DNA of 63,910 bases, the filler included, from Polymyxa betae A26-41 (Eukaryota; Protista; Endomyxa: Phytomyxea), in the NCBI GenBank assembly GCA_003693705.1. It is 9 parts of 9 records of this genome, joined end to end, with 100 filler letters (N's around TTAATTAATTAA, not from the genome) between each part and the next. Parts side by side here need not be neighbours in the genome. Positions count along the whole stretch, not along the records: positions 59,807 to 61,792 come from RBZT01000783.1; positions 61,893 to 63,910 come from RBZT01000203.1; 7 more parts are not named here. One strand, given 5' to 3'. The notes beneath the pieces were generated by a model that saw only the letters and a program-made list of their open reading frames with translations, was not told the origin of the DNA and ran no database searches. Both the position numbers and the translations under genes were made by a program. Positions 61,464 to 63,910 of this stretch are shown here, in pieces. How positions within the stretch are numbered: position 1 is the stretch's first letter; every line of letters starts with the position of its first letter.

Positions 61464-61792
61464 ATGTCTGATTCTGATGATTTGTCTGAGTTCTCGTATG
61501 ACTCCGACGATTCCCTTTTCGAATCATATTCGTTTATGTACCAATCCGCTACTGCGTTGCTTGTCGCTTTGGACGAACTGGACGATGATGACCAAGATCT
61601 ATTTCAACAATCTGTCGACCCATCAGTAGGCGTTAGGGATGTTCTTTGGCAACTCTTATGATGCCCATCGATATTTAGAACGATGTCAAACTTTACTGTC
61701 GATGAATTTGAGGTGCTATGCCAGAAGGTGTGCTTCACTATCGCGACCACAGCTCGATCGACTGGCGAATGTGTCAATATTTGCAGAATACT
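61464..61792 (+). pseudogene. Probable Harbinger/ISL2EU transposase N-terminus
   Basis: Acidic start, then (through a stop) FRTMSNFTVDEFEVLCQKV, typical of the HTH preceding DDE_Tnp_4. Cut by the gap. Confidence 0.45.
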
Positions 61793-61892
61793 NNNNNNNN
61801 NNNNNNNNNNNNNNNNNNNNNNNNNNNNNNNNNNNNTTAATTAATTAANNNNNNNNNNNNNNNNNNNNNNNNNNNNNNNNNNNNNNNNNNNN
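61793..61892. other. Artificial contig linker
   Basis: N44-TTAATTAATTAA-N44. Confidence 0.97.
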
Positions 61893-61904
61893 AGTAGCGC
61901 AGAT

Positions 61905-62300
61905 TCATGACACTATAATGATATTTTGGTGAGGGTCTTCATCCGGTTCTGGATGATGTTGGCGATCGTGATCTTCAGGTGTCGTCGAAGGTTTTTGGTG
62001 CGGCATTGACATCTTCGCCGGCCGTTCTGGTTGATGATCGAGCTCGATTGACGGGGATCGTTTAAGATGCATGTCAAGCTCGGTAACTGTGGTGCATAGC
62101 TCTCCCTTGCCTCCAAGAGTGTCTCGCTGCTGTCTCGACTGCTTTTGAGGAAAGTGCAATTCGTCGAAGATGACATCTTTACAAGTGATGATGTTGCCGT
62201 TGCTTTGGTCCATGAGTACGTATCCCTTCTGATTCGTGGCATATCCTGAAAAAATGCATAAGTTAGTTTTGGCATCGAATTTTTGCCTTTTCTGATTTTG
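61905..62300 (-). mobile_element. Copia post-integrase (SH3-like) fragment
   Basis: RQKFDAKTNLCIFSGYATNQKGYVLMD..IITCKDVIFDE. Confidence 0.75.
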
Positions 62301-62318
62301 ATTGGGCTGCTTAGAAAA

Positions 62319-62442
62319 TGGCCTTCGATTGGCCGATGGCCTTCAATTGGCCGATGGCCTTCGATTGGCCTTCTTCTCGCCACGGACTTTTGCAAATTGG
62401 CCTTCTATTAGCCCAAACCCTAACCCTAACGGCCTTCGATTG
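62319..62442 (+). repeat. 18-bp tandem repeat (TGGCCTTCGATTGGCCGA) with embedded CCCTAACCCTAA
   Basis: Three tandem units plus two dispersed GGCCTTC.ATT units around AAACCCTAACCCTAAC. Confidence 0.75.
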
Positions 62443-62675
62443 ACCTTCACACAACGCTATTTTCCCTGCTCGCCTTCGTTTATCTTTTAGTTTCTTGATT
62501 ATGCTCAGGGATTGTTGTTATTTTGTGCTTTTTTTTAGCTGTACACTACTGATAGCCCCGTCCGGCGCAAACTGCTTTATTAATGTAAACATAAATATGA
62601 CTTGTACTCATAAAAACATCAAGATATTTCGGCAGTAGGCTTTTTGATCGCTACATTTTTTCTGTCATTCAGATC

Positions 62676-63910
62676 ATGAGAAACCCATCTAATCCTGCCG
62701 TTTCCATTGACGGGTTTACCTACGTCTACAACAAAACTGGGTCAACCGGCTCAAAATTTTGTCGTTGCAGCAAACGAAGGCCGACACAAAATCGGCCTGA
62801 AACCTGTTCCGCCAGTTTCACATTCAATGCCGATGGCACATTGAAAAAGGGCTGTACTGCTGATGATCATGCTTGCACCCCGTGCACGCCCGCAAATATT
62901 GTTGACATTCAGGAAGAGGTACTGTAATACGGTTCTTGATGGCAAATATAGATAGATGGCAATTCAGATGAAAACCCTTGTTGATACAATGGCTACATCA
63001 GAAAGACATCTCACTGCAACGGAAATATGGGTACGAGTATGGAGCAATGTCACATCGAAATACTCAGGAACCCCAATACGAACTCTGAAAAAGCAAGAAG
63101 TTATGTCCCGTGTTCAGTACGTCAGGAATGGCGGTCGCAGAGCAAACAATATGCGTGACATCGAAGAACGCGAAATGGCCTTATTTCCGGATGAACGGGC
63201 CCCATTTCTGATGATGAATACACCAGTCTACGAAGGAACGACACAGCATCGGATAAACGGATGGGGACATCCCGGTTTATACAAGCTGTTGAAAAGTCCA
63301 AACGTCCACATATTTATTGATGGGACATTCCGCATAGTCCCCAATCCCTATTCGCAACTTCTGATCATTATGATCAGAGATTGTCCAACTGATCTCTATA
63401 TTCCGGTTTTGTATATTTTAATGACTGGCAAATCAGCTTTCTTGTATAGGTTTGCGTTAAACATGATCACAAACGTTATTGGTTCAGCTGTTCGACCTGC
63501 ACAGATATACTGTGATTTTGAAAAAGCCCTAATAAGTGCAGTTAGAGGTAACAGTCAATTAGAGGAACATTACATGGGCTGTTGACTTGGAATCGCTTTT
63601 CTAGATGTTATGGGACCTAATTCTTCGATCATCGGATGCCTTTTCCACTGGAAGCAGGCCATTCGCCGGAAGCTTGTCAAACTCAAAGTTGATGATGGCA
63701 TTATTGGTCGACTGATGAGACGAGATATGATTGACGTTCTCACGGTTGTTCCTGAAAATGAAATCGAGACAATTGGTCTGAAATATCTGGAACACCAGCT
63801 TCAACTTTCAGAAGAAGACAGCACGAAAATGGAAACGTTTTGAGAATATTTTAAGCGGACATGGATGAACAAGTTCTCTCCAAGAGACTGGAATCTGAGC
63901 AGGATTCTGG
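62676..63910 (+). mobile_element. MULE transposase gene (FLYWCH-like + DDE), runs off window end
   Basis: IDGFTYVYN..FCRCSKR..CSAS; HIFIDGTFRIVP; IYCDFEKALISAV; GCLFHWKQA. Same exon layout as 23381-25018. Confidence 0.85.

Overview
Eukaryotic, repeat-rich DNA made of nine contigs joined by eight artificial 100-nt linkers (N44-TTAATTAATTAA-N44), so adjacency across a linker is not biological. The short (45-55 nt) GT-AG introns and secreted ankyrin proteins suggest a plasmodiophorid-like protist, but this is inference. Host genes include three ankyrin-repeat genes, a catalytically dead PARN-like protein convergent with a Cid1/GLD-2-type nucleotidyltransferase, aspartate-semialdehyde dehydrogenase, a multi-pass membrane protein, a ubiquitin-like-domain protein, candidate secreted effectors and three intact tRNA genes (two Ala-TGC, one Glu-TTC). 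Mobile DNA is abundant: complete PIF/Harbinger and hAT elements with TIRs and TSDs, two MULEs, an OTU-fused pogo-like transposase, MITEs, copia and gypsy fragments, and a tRNA-derived SINE. The most unusual signal, mostly missed by the ORF track, is a decayed intronless protelomerase (telomere resolvase)-like tyrosine recombinase at 11526-12478. The second is an intact tRNA-Ala apparently retroposed together with the SINE 3' tail inside its own TSD (46891-47150).
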